Part shown: piece after piece, positions 9,184 to 19,272 of the stretch | How the letters are laid out: each line of letters opens with the position of its first letter | How positions within the stretch are numbered: the stretch's first letter is position 1 | Virus record (IMG/VR): IMGVR_UViG_3300004173_000066 | Span: 1 to 60,689 of that record | DNA from: a virus | Lineage: Duplodnaviria; Caudoviricetes | DNA length: 60,689 nucleotides | Strand: one strand, 5' to 3' | The notes under the pieces: model-generated | The model's input: only the letters and a program-made list of their open reading frames with translations | The model's database searches: none | What the model was told of the DNA's origin: nothing | Position numbers and translations under genes: made by a program

Positions 9184-9549
9184 ATGGTCATGGGAGTTGT
9201 CCGCTCGATCACCAACGCCCCGGTCGTGCACTTGTCGCGCATCGGGGAGATCCATACCTTCGAGGTCATGGAGAACGAGCTCGACACGCTCGACCGCATC
9301 GTCAGCGAGGAGAACCAGGCGCTGGCCTTCGCGAGCGGCGCCGGGACGACGTTCGTTTCGCTGTTGGCGACGGTGTTGACCCTGAGCGCCTTGTCCCCGA
9401 TCCGCGCGGCCGTGATGGCGGCGCTCCTCGCCGTCTCCGGTCTCGCGACGCTAGTCTTCGGCGTGCAGTGGCTCCGGGTGCGCCGTGAGCGGCCGAAGCT
9501 GCTGGCGCGCATCCGGACGCGCGGCCTTCGGCCCGAACCGCAGGCATAG
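9184..9549 (+). CDS. Two-TM membrane protein (moron)
   Basis: Two hydrophobic segments and a basic C-tail; has its own upstream intergenic region. Confidence 0.6.
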   Translation: MVMGVVRSITNAPVVHLSRIGEIHTFEVMENELDTLDRIVSEENQALAFASGAGTTFVSLLATVLTLSALSPIRAAVMAALLAVSGLATLVFGVQWLRVRRERPKLLARIRTRGLRPEPQA

Positions 9550-9597
9550 CGAGCGCACCGCGCCGCCGCGCTGACTCATCCCCGCGCGCTGGCGCGG

Positions 9598-9633
9598 GAC
9601 GTCTCTGGACGTCTCTGGACGTCTCCGGACGTC
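9598..9633. repeat. GACGTC array 1 (4 copies, 10-bp period)
   Basis: GACGTC at 9598, 9608, 9618, 9628. Confidence 0.9.
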
Positions 9634-9890
9634 CGATCGAGGGAAGTTGAGGTGCGCCATGAAGCGCTGACCTTCGTGCTGCGTGTCCCCGCGATGAGGC
9701 GCACTGCCCTCCGCTCCCCACCCTCATCCCCATCGCCCCGCCGCTCGGAGCGCACCCCTCGGTGCGCGCGAACCCCAGCGGCGGGGTCTCAGCTCCCCGA
9801 GCTCCGCGAGCTGCACACCCACCGCGTGCCTCCAGCGCGGCGTCTTGGGTGCGCAGCTCGGGGCGCTCACGCCCTCACGCCGGAGACCAC

Positions 9891-10019
9891 GTGCTGAACT
9901 ACTGCCTCGCTCACCCCGAGCTCTGGCTCCCCCTCGTCGTGATCGCCCTCGCGGGAGCCGGCATCGTCCAGCTCGGTCGCTGGGCGCGCGCCGCGGCGGA
10001 CGAAGCTCTCGTCGGCTGA
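9891..10019 (+). CDS. Small single-TM protein
   Basis: GGAG RBS; LWLPLVVIALAGAGIV. Confidence 0.45.
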   Translation: MLNYCLAHPELWLPLVVIALAGAGIVQLGRWARAAADEALVG

Positions 10020-10024
10020 GGCCG

Positions 10025-10040
10025 GACGTCTCGGGACGTC
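10025..10040. repeat. GACGTC array 2 (2 copies) just before the terS RBS
   Basis: GACGTC at 10025 and 10035. Confidence 0.8.
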
Positions 10041-10053
10041 CCGGAGGTTCTCG

Positions 10054-10641
10054 ATGCCCCGCGGCAAGCCGCTCCACCCGAAGCAGCTCGCCGAACTCGC
10101 CGAGCTCTACGCCGAGAGCGGCAACGCCTCGGCGGTCGCGCGGGCGCTGCACGTCGAGCCCTCGACGGTCACCCGCGCGCTCGACCGCCTGGGGGAGCAA
10201 AAAAGAGCAAAGCTCCAAGCAGACGCTCTCGCCTCGGGACTGCGGGCGGGCCGGGAGGACCTCGACGAGGCCCGCGCCGAGATCGCCAAGCTGCTGCTCT
10301 CCGAGCTGCGGGCGGGCAAGGTCGAGCCCGAGCACGTGCAGAAGCTGGGCATGACGCTCGCGCGGATGGTGTCGGGCATGGTGCAGCTCGACCAGCTCGA
10401 GCTCCGGCGTCGACAGTCCCGCCTCACCCGCAAGCGGACGCGCGGGGAGATCGCCCTGCTCGCCAAGAAGCTCACCGAGTCCAGCGGTCCGGGCGGAGGC
10501 GACCCCATCGACGCGAACGACCCGCGGTGGAAGGCGCTCCAGGAGCAGGTCTACGGCGCCGCGCGCCAGGGCGTGAGCGCGAACGATGGACCAGAGCCCG
10601 CCCGACCCGACGGAGATCCTGACGCGGTGGCTCCGGGGTAA
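10054..10641 (+). CDS. terS: Terminase small subunit (HTH)
   Basis: N-terminal HTH (NASAVARALHVEPSTVTR); overlaps terL. Confidence 0.7.
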   Translation: MPRGKPLHPKQLAELAELYAESGNASAVARALHVEPSTVTRALDRLGEQKRAKLQADALASGLRAGREDLDEARAEIAKLLLSELRAGKVEPEHVQKLGMTLARMVSGMVQLDQLELRRRQSRLTRKRTRGEIALLAKKLTESSGPGGGDPIDANDPRWKALQEQVYGAARQGVSANDGPEPARPDGDPDAVAPG

Positions 10642-11893
10642 CTTCCTCGGCTACCAGCTCCGCTGGGCGCTCGACCGCGAGGACTTCGCCCTCGCCCTGA
10701 AGGGGCGCCAGCTCGGCTTCACGGACGCGAGCGCGGCCGGCTGCATCCTCGGCGGGTTCCGCGACCGACGCCCGCAGATCGTCCTCTCGGCGGCGCAGGA
10801 CAACGCCAACGCGCTGCTGGATGCGGTCCGCGCGCACTGCCGCTTCCTCGCCGCGATCGGCTTGCCCGCCGCGGCTGACTTCGAGGTCGACAACGCCGAG
10901 GAGATCCGCTGGCGCTCGGGCGGCAGCGTCATCGCCCTCGCGGCCAACCCGCGCACCGCGCGCAGCTTCCACGGCGACCTCTGGCTCGACGAGTTCGCCT
11001 ACCACCAGGACCCCGAGGCGATGTGGGCCGCCGCCTCGCCCATGGCGACGCGCGGTGACTGGCGCATCCGGGTCATCTCGACGCCCAACGGGGCGCAGGG
11101 GCTCTTCTACGAGTGGTGCACGACGCCCCCCCTCGGGTGGCGGATGCACACGGTGTCGCTCACCGACGCCGAGCGCGACGGGCTCAAGGTCGACCGCGCC
11201 CGGCTCCTGTCGCTCGTCGGCGGCGACCCGCGCGTCTTCGCCGAGGCCTACCTCTGCAGCTTCCTCGACGCAGACCTGCAGTACTTCCCTGGCGTCCTCG
11301 CGGACCGGGCGCGCGACTGGAAGGGCGAGCGCCCTTCGATGGCGGGCGCGGAGGTCTTCGCGGGCCTGGACGTTGGCCGACACCACGACCTCACCGTGTT
11401 GACGGTGATCGGCGTCGTGGACGGCGTCGCGTGGGTGATCGGCGTGTTCACCGCGAAGCGCACGAAGTTCAAGCTCCAGCGACGCATGATCGAGCGCGCC
11501 CGCGCGGTCTTCGGCTGGACGAAGCTCTGCGTCGACAAGACCGGCATGGGCGAGCAGCTCACCGAGGAGCTGGTCGAGCAGTGGGGTGAGGCCGAGGTCA
11601 TCCCCGTCGCGTTCACCAACGAGGTGAAGGCCCAGATCGCGACCGGGGCCTTCCGCTGGCTGCGAGACGGGCGCTTCCGGTTCTCGCGCGACGCGCACGG
11701 CAGGCAGCTCCACGCCGACACCTGCGCGGTGCGCCGCCAGGTGACGCCCTCGGGCAACATCGTCTTCGTCTCGCCCCGCACCAAGGCGGGCCACGGCGAC
11801 CACTTCTGGAGCGCGGGACTCGCGCTTCTGGCCGCCTCGGGCCCCGTCACGCCGCGCGGCATGGGCGCCGACCCGGTCTTCCCTGCGGGCTGA
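10586..11893 (+). CDS. terL: Terminase large subunit (Mu gp28-like)
   Basis: YQLRW...KGRQLGFT, ARSFHGDLWLDEFA, ISTPNG, GLDVGRHHD, VDKTGMGE, HGDHFWS. Confidence 0.95.
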   Translation: MDQSPPDPTEILTRWLRGNFLGYQLRWALDREDFALALKGRQLGFTDASAAGCILGGFRDRRPQIVLSAAQDNANALLDAVRAHCRFLAAIGLPAAADFEVDNAEEIRWRSGGSVIALAANPRTARSFHGDLWLDEFAYHQDPEAMWAAASPMATRGDWRIRVISTPNGAQGLFYEWCTTPPLGWRMHTVSLTDAERDGLKVDRARLLSLVGGDPRVFAEAYLCSFLDADLQYFPGVLADRARDWKGERPSMAGAEVFAGLDVGRHHDLTVLTVIGVVDGVAWVIGVFTAKRTKFKLQRRMIERARAVFGWTKLCVDKTGMGEQLTEELVEQWGEAEVIPVAFTNEVKAQIATGAFRWLRDGRFRFSRDAHGRQLHADTCAVRRQVTPSGNIVFVSPRTKAGHGDHFWSAGLALLAASGPVTPRGMGADPVFPAG

Positions 11894-11896
11894 ACC

Positions 11897-12139
11897 ATGA
11901 GGGCTGGGACCATTCCTGAGAGGTTCGCCAACGTCATCGGCTTCGTCGCGGGCTCGCCCGCTCGGCCATCGGACTGCGCGCGTGCCGACACCGCTCTCGA
12001 GCGGCTCGCCGCCTCGCCGTGGCTCCGCAGCGACCCCGCCGCCGTCGAGGCGCTCGCCGCGCTGCTCGCGACCGGCAACCGCCGCGCGCTGCTGACCTTC
12101 ATGCGCGCCGCCGCGCCCATCCCCCCGGTGACGCCGTGA
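11897..12139 (+). CDS. Hypothetical protein
   Basis: Fills the gap between terL and portal with a coupled stop/start. Confidence 0.5.
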   Translation: MRAGTIPERFANVIGFVAGSPARPSDCARADTALERLAASPWLRSDPAAVEALAALLATGNRRALLTFMRAAAPIPPVTP

Positions 12140-13626
12140 AGTACTCCCTCCTCAACCGCTGCCACGCGGACCTCGCGCCCGTCGCGCTCCAGCGGTACCA
12201 GGACCTCTTCGTCGGCGGCGAGGCGTTCCGCGCGCGCATCGACCGCTACCTGGTGCGCAACGACCTCGAGCCGACGCGGGTCTACGCGATGCGGTGTGAG
12301 CGCGCGCACTACCTGAACTACGTCGCCAGGATCATCCGGTACTTCGCGGCGGCGCTCTTTCAGCGCCCGCTCACCTTCCGCGCGGAGCCCGCCGCGGACG
12401 ACTGGTACCTCGGCGAGTTCAAGGAGGACGCCGACGGCGCCGGCACCGACCTCGACGTGGTGCTGAAGGACGCCTTCGTGCGCGCCCTCGTCGGGGGCCG
12501 CGCGTACGTCCGCCTCGAGGCCCCGACGGTCGAAGGTCCCGCCCCCGACTCGCTCGCCGAGGCCGAGCGCTCTGGCGCGCGCCGCATGACGCTCGCGAAG
12601 GTGCCGACCGAGAACATTCTCAACTGGAAGCGAGCCGAGGACGGCAGCTTCGCGTGGGTGATGGAGCGCGCCTGCCAGAGCGAGCTCCTCGACCCGGGCG
12701 ACGAGGACCTCACCGTCACCGAGACCTGGACCGCCTGGTACGCGGACGGGACCGTGCGCCGCTGGCAGCTCGTGCGCCGCGCGAAGGACAAGGTCCGCGC
12801 CGACACCGACGTGCCGGAGGTCGACGCCCCACGGAGCCCCTGCGGCACCATCCCGATCGTCGAGCTCTGTCTCCCGCCCGAGCTGCACCTGTTGGCGCAC
12901 ATCGCCGACCCGGCGCTCGAGGCCTTCCGCAAGGCCAACGCCCTCTCCTGGGCGATCGACCGCACCTGCTACGCGATGCCGGTCTTCCACCTGAAGGAGG
13001 CGAAGAACCCGCCCGTGATGGGCGCCGGCTACTACCTGATGATCGGCGTCGACGAGAAGGTCGAGTGGCCCTCGCCGCCCTCCGCGCCCTTCGAGGTCGT
13101 CAAGGGCCTCGTGCAGTCCCTCGTGCAGGAGATCCACCGCGTCGTCGAGCAGATGGCCCTGGCCGTCGACAACAACGCGACGGCGGCCGTCGGGCGCTCG
13201 GGCGAGTCCAAGAACGCGGACGGCGCCGCCACGCAGACCGTGCTCCCGAGCTTCGGCGAGCACGTGCGCGACTTCGCCGAGCGGATCTTCGACCTCGTCT
13301 CGGCCGCGCGCGGCGACCGGCTCACCTGGTCCGTGCAGGGCATGGACCGCTTCGACCTCGTGGGGCTCCTCGAGCTCATCGAGGCCGCGCTCACCAGCGA
13401 CCCCCTCCAGATCCCGTCGCCCACGCACCGGCGCGAGGTCCTGAAGAGCGTGTCGCGCGCGCTCCTGCCGAGCGTGCCCGAGGATGTCCGCGCGACGATC
13501 GACCGCGAGATCGAGCGGGGCGTGAACGCCGAGGACACGGACGAGGGCATGGAGAAGGGGCGGGGCAAGGTCCCGACTCCGCCGGGCTCCGACCCCGACC
13601 CTGACGACCCCGACGACGAGCCCTGA
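12136..13626 (+). CDS. Portal protein
   Basis: About 496 aa after terL; YAMRCERAHYLNYVARI and SGESK motifs typical of DUF4055-like portals. Confidence 0.85.
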   Translation: MKYSLLNRCHADLAPVALQRYQDLFVGGEAFRARIDRYLVRNDLEPTRVYAMRCERAHYLNYVARIIRYFAAALFQRPLTFRAEPAADDWYLGEFKEDADGAGTDLDVVLKDAFVRALVGGRAYVRLEAPTVEGPAPDSLAEAERSGARRMTLAKVPTENILNWKRAEDGSFAWVMERACQSELLDPGDEDLTVTETWTAWYADGTVRRWQLVRRAKDKVRADTDVPEVDAPRSPCGTIPIVELCLPPELHLLAHIADPALEAFRKANALSWAIDRTCYAMPVFHLKEAKNPPVMGAGYYLMIGVDEKVEWPSPPSAPFEVVKGLVQSLVQEIHRVVEQMALAVDNNATAAVGRSGESKNADGAATQTVLPSFGEHVRDFAERIFDLVSAARGDRLTWSVQGMDRFDLVGLLELIEAALTSDPLQIPSPTHRREVLKSVSRALLPSVPEDVRATIDREIERGVNAEDTDEGMEKGRGKVPTPPGSDPDPDDPDDEP

Positions 13627-13629
13627 CCC

Positions 13630-15705
13630 ATGTTCGAGCAGGGGCCCATCGATGCGCAGGGCCCCGCGCCCGAGCCCTTCCCCCGGCCGCGCCTCACGCA
13701 CGTCGACGTGGCGCGCGTCGAGCGCGAGCTCGCGGCGACCTCGGCCGAGGTGGCGGGCCTCGCGCGCCCCGCCCTCGACGCGCTCGGGCCCGTGCTGGCG
13801 CAGGCCCAGGCCGAGACCGCGCGCGACCTGCGCGCCTGGCTCGACCGGGTGCCGGACGGCGACGCCCGCTACACCGCGCAGGTGCACCGCACGGTGCTCG
13901 CGCACCTCGACGGGGCGCTCCACACGATCGAGCGCCTCGACCCCGTGATGGCCGCGGCGCTCGGCGTCGCAGGCGGTCGCGCGGGGCGCCTCGCCGGGAG
14001 CCACCTCGTGACGGAGCTCGCCCGCTACTCGGGGCGCTTCGAGCAGTTCCCCGCGCACGTCCCGCTCAACGTCGCCCGCATCCTGGCGACCGGCGAGCGG
14101 GAGTTCATCCCGCGCTTCCGCGCCTCGGCCGCCCGGTACGCCGGGCAGGTCGGCACTGACCTCCGCCGCGAGCTCGCCGTCGGCATCGTGCGGCGCGAGT
14201 CCGTCTCGCAGCTCACCGACCGCCTGCAGCGCCTCGGCGGCCCGCGCGGCGACGTTGCCCTGCGGGGCGTCGCGGGCGAGCCCGGCGCCCGCGTCGAGCA
14301 CATCGCCGAGGGCCTCTTCCGCCGCTACCGCTCCTGGGGCGAGCGCATCGTCCGCACGGAGACCCAGCGCGCCTACAACGTCCAGCTCGACGAGGGGCTG
14401 CGCCAGGCGCAGCGCCACCTCCCGGACCTCGTGCGTCGGTGGGACGCGAGCCTCGACCTGCGGATCTGCCCGACCTGCCAGGGCCTGCACGGCGCCGTCG
14501 CCGAGATCGGCGGCGCCTTCCCAGGCGGCTACACCGAGGCCCCCGCCCACCCCAACTGCCGGTGCCGCGTCGGGGCTTGGCGCCGCGCGTGGAGCGAGAT
14601 CCTCGCCGAGGCCGAGGGGAGGGTGCCCCCTGTGCCCGAGGTCCTCCCGCCGACCGCACCCCCGGCCCCGCGCCCGACCCCCCGGCCCGCCCCGCGGGTG
14701 GCTCTGCCGGTGCCGCCCCCGGTGCCCGCGCCGCTCCCCGTCCCGGCACCCCCGGTGGTGCGCCCGCGGGCGCTGACCTTGCCGCCGCCTCCGATGCCGC
14801 CGCCCCCGGCGCCGCCCGCTCCGGTCCACCGTCCGACGCGGCCCCCGCCGCCCCGGCGTCGGCCCACGCTCCCGCCTCCGCCGCCGGTCACCTTGCGGCC
14901 CACGCTCCCGCCGCCCGCTCCGGCGGGACCCCCGGCGATCGCGCCGCCCCCGGTGTTCAAGAAGGTGCCCGAGGCCGAGCGCTGGCTGCGTGCGACCTGG
15001 CCCCACGTCACCTGGGATCTGAAGGGCCTGCATCTCGAGGCCGTGAACGAGCTCCTGCCGGAGCTTCACCGCCTCGGGACCGAGTGGCCCCGGGTGCTCG
15101 GCCGGCTGAAGTACGTCGGCACCTACCGCACGGTGAAGCACCCGAGCTGGCGCTTCCGCTGGCCGCGCGGCTGCTACGCCCACGCGAGCCGCGACGGCGC
15201 GCGCATCGCCCTGAACCCCGCGCACTTCGGCCACCCCGAGGCGATGCGCGCCTCGCTCGCGCACGACGTGGCCAACGGCTTCCACCCGCCGGGCACCGGG
15301 CACCTCGCCTCGGTGTTCACGCACGAGTGGGGACACCAGGTCGACAACTGGCTCCAGACCCTCACCGGGAAGTCCTTCCTCGCGGCCTCGCCGGACCCGA
15401 GGCTCTCCAACAGCGCGGCGATGCTCTCGGCCTGGCGCACGAAGAACCGGGCCACCGCGGCGCTCTCCCGCTACGCCCTCACCAGCACCGAGGAGGGCTT
15501 CGCCGAGGCCTTCGCCTCGCTGCGCTACACGCCGCTCAGCCAGCAGACGGAGTTCACCCAGCAGCTCGGGCGGCTCCTGGCCATGGCGTGCACCTCGCTC
15601 TACGATGTGGCCGCGATGCCGTCGTGGTCGACGCTGACGCGGACCGAGCAGTCGAGCGCCCTCGCGCGCTTCGCGGAGATCCTCCGTTCGCTGGGGCTGC
15701 CATGA
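13630..15705 (+). CDS. MuF minor head protein with Pro-rich linker and C-terminal zincin metallopeptidase (MuF polymorphic toxin)
   Basis: RIVRTE...CPTC...PAHPNCRC MuF core; about 100 aa Pro-rich linker; THEWGHQVD...SRYALTSTEEGFAEAFA. Confidence 0.85.
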   Translation: MFEQGPIDAQGPAPEPFPRPRLTHVDVARVERELAATSAEVAGLARPALDALGPVLAQAQAETARDLRAWLDRVPDGDARYTAQVHRTVLAHLDGALHTIERLDPVMAAALGVAGGRAGRLAGSHLVTELARYSGRFEQFPAHVPLNVARILATGEREFIPRFRASAARYAGQVGTDLRRELAVGIVRRESVSQLTDRLQRLGGPRGDVALRGVAGEPGARVEHIAEGLFRRYRSWGERIVRTETQRAYNVQLDEGLRQAQRHLPDLVRRWDASLDLRICPTCQGLHGAVAEIGGAFPGGYTEAPAHPNCRCRVGAWRRAWSEILAEAEGRVPPVPEVLPPTAPPAPRPTPRPAPRVALPVPPPVPAPLPVPAPPVVRPRALTLPPPPMPPPPAPPAPVHRPTRPPPPRRRPTLPPPPPVTLRPTLPPPAPAGPPAIAPPPVFKKVPEAERWLRATWPHVTWDLKGLHLEAVNELLPELHRLGTEWPRVLGRLKYVGTYRTVKHPSWRFRWPRGCYAHASRDGARIALNPAHFGHPEAMRASLAHDVANGFHPPGTGHLASVFTHEWGHQVDNWLQTLTGKSFLAASPDPRLSNSAAMLSAWRTKNRATAALSRYALTSTEEGFAEAFASLRYTPLSQQTEFTQQLGRLLAMACTSLYDVAAMPSWSTLTRTEQSSALARFAEILRSLGLP

Positions 15706-15905
15706 CGACCTACGCCGCGCCCGAGTGCATGGAGTGTCGGCACCTGCACCGCGATCCGAACGCGACGACGAACACCTGCGACGCCTTCCCCGGGGGCATC
15801 CCCGAGCCGCTGATCCTCGGCCAGCGCCTGCACCGCAAGCCCTACCCGGGCGACCACGGCGTGCGCTTCGAGCCCGCCGCCCCGGCCCCGTCGTCCCGTC
15901 CCTGA
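15702..15905 (+). CDS. Small Cys-rich protein, candidate immunity protein
   Basis: ATGA overlap with MuF; CMECRH...CDAFPGGIP...HRKPYPGDHGVRFEP. Confidence 0.7.
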   Translation: MTTYAAPECMECRHLHRDPNATTNTCDAFPGGIPEPLILGQRLHRKPYPGDHGVRFEPAAPAPSSRP

Positions 15906-16022
15906 CGCACCGCCTTCCGCGGTGACGCACGCTCCCTCGGCGCGCCCCCACGGCGCACGCGCCGAGGGGAAGCGCGACCTCGTATGCGCCGCACGCGCTC
16001 TCTGCGCCCGGAGATCCCCGCA

Positions 16023-16757
16023 ATGCCCACCGAAGAAGAGAAGAGGGCCGCCGAAGAGGCCGCCGCGGCCGAGCTCGAGGCGAAGATCGCGTCCGTGATC
16101 GACGCGAAGCTCAACCCCGCGATCACCGGCCACATGAAGCGCCTGGGCGCGCAGCTCGAGAAGACCCTCGGCGAGCAGGTCGCCAAGCTCGCACCCAAGG
16201 CCGCCGAGCCGCCCGCGGACCCCGCCTCGGGCGCCAGGCCCGTCGACCCGGAGCTGAAGCTCCTGCGCGAGAAGTTCGAGGCGCTGGAGAAGCAGAACGC
16301 CGAGAGCACCGCGCGCGCCAAGACCGTCGAGGAGAAGGCCCGGCGCGACTCGGCGCGCGCCACGGTGCGCGAGCAGCTCGACGCGGCCGGGATCAAGGGC
16401 GCCCGGGCGGCGGCCCTGATCGCGCACTTCGAGGCCTCCGGCCAGCTCCGCTTCGACGACGAGGGCCAGCCCGTGTTCGCGGTGAAGCGCGCCCGGCAGA
16501 AGGGCGCCGCCGCCGAGGAGCTCACCTACGCGCTCGACGACATCGGGCGCGCGATGGACGACTGGAAGAAGACCCCCGACGCGGCCGAGTTCCTCCCGCC
16601 CCCGGCGCCCATCACCCCGGCCAAGCGCCCCGGCGCCCTCCCGGCGCGCGCCCCGTCCGGCGCCGTGAGCGGCGACCGCGCCCCCTCCGAAGGGGAGCTG
16701 CTCGACCGCTTCGTCGACGACATGGCCCGGCGCGGCGTCTCGCTCGGCGGCGACTGA
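16023..16757 (+). CDS. Capsid scaffolding protein
   Basis: Charged coiled-coil protein immediately before the capsid gene. Confidence 0.75.
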   Translation: MPTEEEKRAAEEAAAAELEAKIASVIDAKLNPAITGHMKRLGAQLEKTLGEQVAKLAPKAAEPPADPASGARPVDPELKLLREKFEALEKQNAESTARAKTVEEKARRDSARATVREQLDAAGIKGARAAALIAHFEASGQLRFDDEGQPVFAVKRARQKGAAAEELTYALDDIGRAMDDWKKTPDAAEFLPPPAPITPAKRPGALPARAPSGAVSGDRAPSEGELLDRFVDDMARRGVSLGGD

Positions 16758-16801
16758 GCGCCTCCCAAAGCTCCCTCCACGAGCCCCCTGCGGCTCGCAC
16801 G

Positions 16802-16833
16802 TCCCTCCGGCGGCACAGCGCCCGCCGGAGGGA
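16802..16833 (+). other. Strong hairpin between scaffold and capsid genes
   Basis: TCCCTCCGGCGG / CCGCCGGAGGGA, 12-bp perfect stem. Confidence 0.6.
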
Positions 16834-16908
16834 GGCCGTCCCAGCGCGCTGCACGCTCCCTCGCGTCACCGGGGAACCACCTCCGCTCCCATCGAGGCTT
16901 GAACCATC

Positions 16909-17925
16909 ATGGCTGATTCTCCGCAGCTTCTCGCGTCCGTCGCGGCCGCGCTCCCGCAGTACTTCAGCGGCCCCGTCCGCAAGCAGATCAACCGCCGCTC
17001 GGTGCTCCTGCGCGTCATCCGCGCGGTGCGCGGCTCGGGCAAGAACGTCGGCTTCGACATCGAGGCCGACGGCGCGGTGGCCGAGAACTTCGGCGACGGC
17101 GACGACGTCTCGAACTTCGGCAGCGACGCCCTGACCCCGGCCACCCTCGGCTGGGGCCAGGTGCGCTCGAACTTCCGCGTCGGCAACGTCGCGCTGCGCG
17201 CCGCGCAGAGCTCGAAGGACGGGATGCGCCTGCTCGCGCGCAACTTCATGAGCTCCGCGGGCAAGCTCGCGTCGCTCGTGAACACGCAGTGCTTCACCGG
17301 CACCGGCGCCGCCAACTCCATCGTCGGGCTCACCACGGCGATCCACGACGCCAACATCTACGCGGGCATCAACCGCGCGACGCCCGGCAACGAGTACTGG
17401 CGCTCGATGGTGGCGGACTCGGCCGCGGCGCCGCTCTCCCTCGCCATGATCCGGCAGGACATCGGCTCGACGATCTACGACGCCTCGGGCATGGAGCCCG
17501 ACCTCGCCTTCGTCGGCTCGGCGGCCTACCTGAAGATCGGCGCGCTCTTCCAGGAGACCCGGCGCGACGTGATCCCGGCGACGGAGATCACGACCTCGCG
17601 CGGGCGCGTCACGCTCGACGGCGGCATCGGCGCGATCCGCGTCGACAACACCGTGTTCGTGAAGGACAAGGACTGCCCCGCCGGGCAGATCCTCTACATC
17701 AACAGCGACGCGATGGAGCTCGAGTACCTCCCGAGCGAGGACGAGGAGGGGGAGGCGGGCACGATGGAGCTCGACGTGGACGACGGCCTCGGGCCGATCC
17801 CGCTCGGGCTGAAGTGCTACCCGCTCGCCCGCGTGGGCGCCTCGCGCCGCTTCACGATCGAGGGCGTGCTGCAGCTCAAGCTCACCCAGCCCAACGCCTT
17901 CGGCCGGCGCATCAACTTCACCTGA
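16909..17925 (+). CDS. Major capsid protein
   Basis: 338 aa; position after scaffold; IVGL...YAGINR..N.YW and DKDCPAGQILYIN motifs of HK97-fold capsids. Confidence 0.88.
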   Translation: MADSPQLLASVAAALPQYFSGPVRKQINRRSVLLRVIRAVRGSGKNVGFDIEADGAVAENFGDGDDVSNFGSDALTPATLGWGQVRSNFRVGNVALRAAQSSKDGMRLLARNFMSSAGKLASLVNTQCFTGTGAANSIVGLTTAIHDANIYAGINRATPGNEYWRSMVADSAAAPLSLAMIRQDIGSTIYDASGMEPDLAFVGSAAYLKIGALFQETRRDVIPATEITTSRGRVTLDGGIGAIRVDNTVFVKDKDCPAGQILYINSDAMELEYLPSEDEEGEAGTMELDVDDGLGPIPLGLKCYPLARVGASRRFTIEGVLQLKLTQPNAFGRRINFT

Positions 17926-17932
17926 TCGCCGC

Positions 17933-17987
17933 GCCCCGGAGGGGGGGGGCCTCTGTCTCCGGACACGGGCGCCCCCCTCCCGGGGGC
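17933..17987 (+). terminator. Long GC hairpin after the capsid gene (terminator/attenuator)
   Basis: GCCCCGGAGGGGGG...TGTC TCCG GACA...CCCCCCTCCCGGGGGC followed by a pyrimidine tract. Confidence 0.5.
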
Positions 17988-18048
17988 TCCTCCCCTCGTC
18001 GCCTTCCCTTCTCACCCCTCGTTCATCCCCCCGCACGGAGCATCCGTC

Positions 18049-19254
18049 ATGGCCAGCGTCCGCCATCGCAGTCACTTCCTCGTGGCCCTCATCGCCTCCT
18101 TCATCGACAGCGTGAAGCGCGAGGTCTTCACCGACTACGGCGGAGGCGCGGTCACCGGCGCGAGCGCCGCCGAGGGGACGGGCGCCACGGGGCCCGCCAC
18201 GGCCACCGTCACGGCCCTGCGCATGGTCGGGCACGCCCACTACGAGAACCCGATCGCGGCCGACCTCGTGACCAACGTCGCGACGCTCGACCCCGTGGTG
18301 AACGGCGCGCTGGTGATCGCCGCGCAGCCCGACTTCGCCCGCAGGCTCCAGATCCGCATCATCGACGGGGACGCCTCCATCAGCGCGGGCATCCTGACGC
18401 TCGTCGCGATCGGCGCGCGCGGGCAGGCGGTCAATCAGGTGGTCCCGCTCACGGGCGGGACGCAGACCGTGGTCACCACCGAGGCCATCGCGCACATCAC
18501 CAGCGCCACGGTGTCGGCCCTCGCGGGCGCGGTGGCGGGCGACAGCATCAGCATCGGCCCCAGCGACGCCCTGGGCCTGCCCGCGGTCCAGATCCCCACC
18601 CCCTCGGGGTTCACCGTGTTCAAGGCCGACCTCGCCTTCGCCGACGAGGCCGTGGGCACCGTGGACGCCGACGCGGGGACGATCATCCCGACCACGGCAC
18701 CGAACGGCGCGCGCAAGTTCGACTTCTTCTACACCTACGAGATCACCCCCGTGCAGGCGGCCCACACGCACACCGGGCCGAGCCACACCCACGGCGCGGG
18801 CACCTTCGCCGCGGGTCCGGTGACGGCGCCGATCCACTTCGACCGGGCGGAGTACGCGGTCACCGCCGCCGCTGCCTCCAGCCTGGAGACCTCGCGGGCG
18901 CTGCTGCGGGCCGTCACGATCGCCTACCACACGCACATCAACGACGCGCTCGCGCACCTGGCCGTGGATGCGACCAACATGCTGCCCGAGTCGCTGACGC
19001 AGGTGCTCAGCGACATCGACGCGGGCGCACTGAGCGTCCTCGAGACCTACGCCAACGGCCTCAAGGGCTTCTACAACACGCACCGCGCGCAGGCCGGGGT
19101 GCACGCGACGGCCGACGCCGGCCACGCGATCACGAGCGCTGACGCGACCGACCAGGGCTCGCTCAACACGCTCCTGAACGAGCTGAAGACCGACCTCAAC
19201 GCGCACCTGGGCGACGGCCTCGCGACGCCCTCCTGGCGCGTGGTCGACGTCTGA
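18049..19254 (+). CDS. Virion structural protein (head decoration/fibre-like)
   Basis: Ala/Thr-rich beta region, HTHTGPSHTH motif and a repeated His-containing helical C-terminus; follows the capsid gene. Confidence 0.6.
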   Translation: MASVRHRSHFLVALIASFIDSVKREVFTDYGGGAVTGASAAEGTGATGPATATVTALRMVGHAHYENPIAADLVTNVATLDPVVNGALVIAAQPDFARRLQIRIIDGDASISAGILTLVAIGARGQAVNQVVPLTGGTQTVVTTEAIAHITSATVSALAGAVAGDSISIGPSDALGLPAVQIPTPSGFTVFKADLAFADEAVGTVDADAGTIIPTTAPNGARKFDFFYTYEITPVQAAHTHTGPSHTHGAGTFAAGPVTAPIHFDRAEYAVTAAAASSLETSRALLRAVTIAYHTHINDALAHLAVDATNMLPESLTQVLSDIDAGALSVLETYANGLKGFYNTHRAQAGVHATADAGHAITSADATDQGSLNTLLNELKTDLNAHLGDGLATPSWRVVDV

Positions 19255-19272
19255 TCGGAGACCTGAACCCCA

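Noticed and set aside
10586-11893. Mu-like transposable phage
   Set aside because: No DDE transposase or MuB; a tyrosine integrase with attP is present.
14620-14955. C-rich repetitive DNA as a non-coding repeat
   Set aside because: Explained by the in-frame proline-rich linker of MuF.
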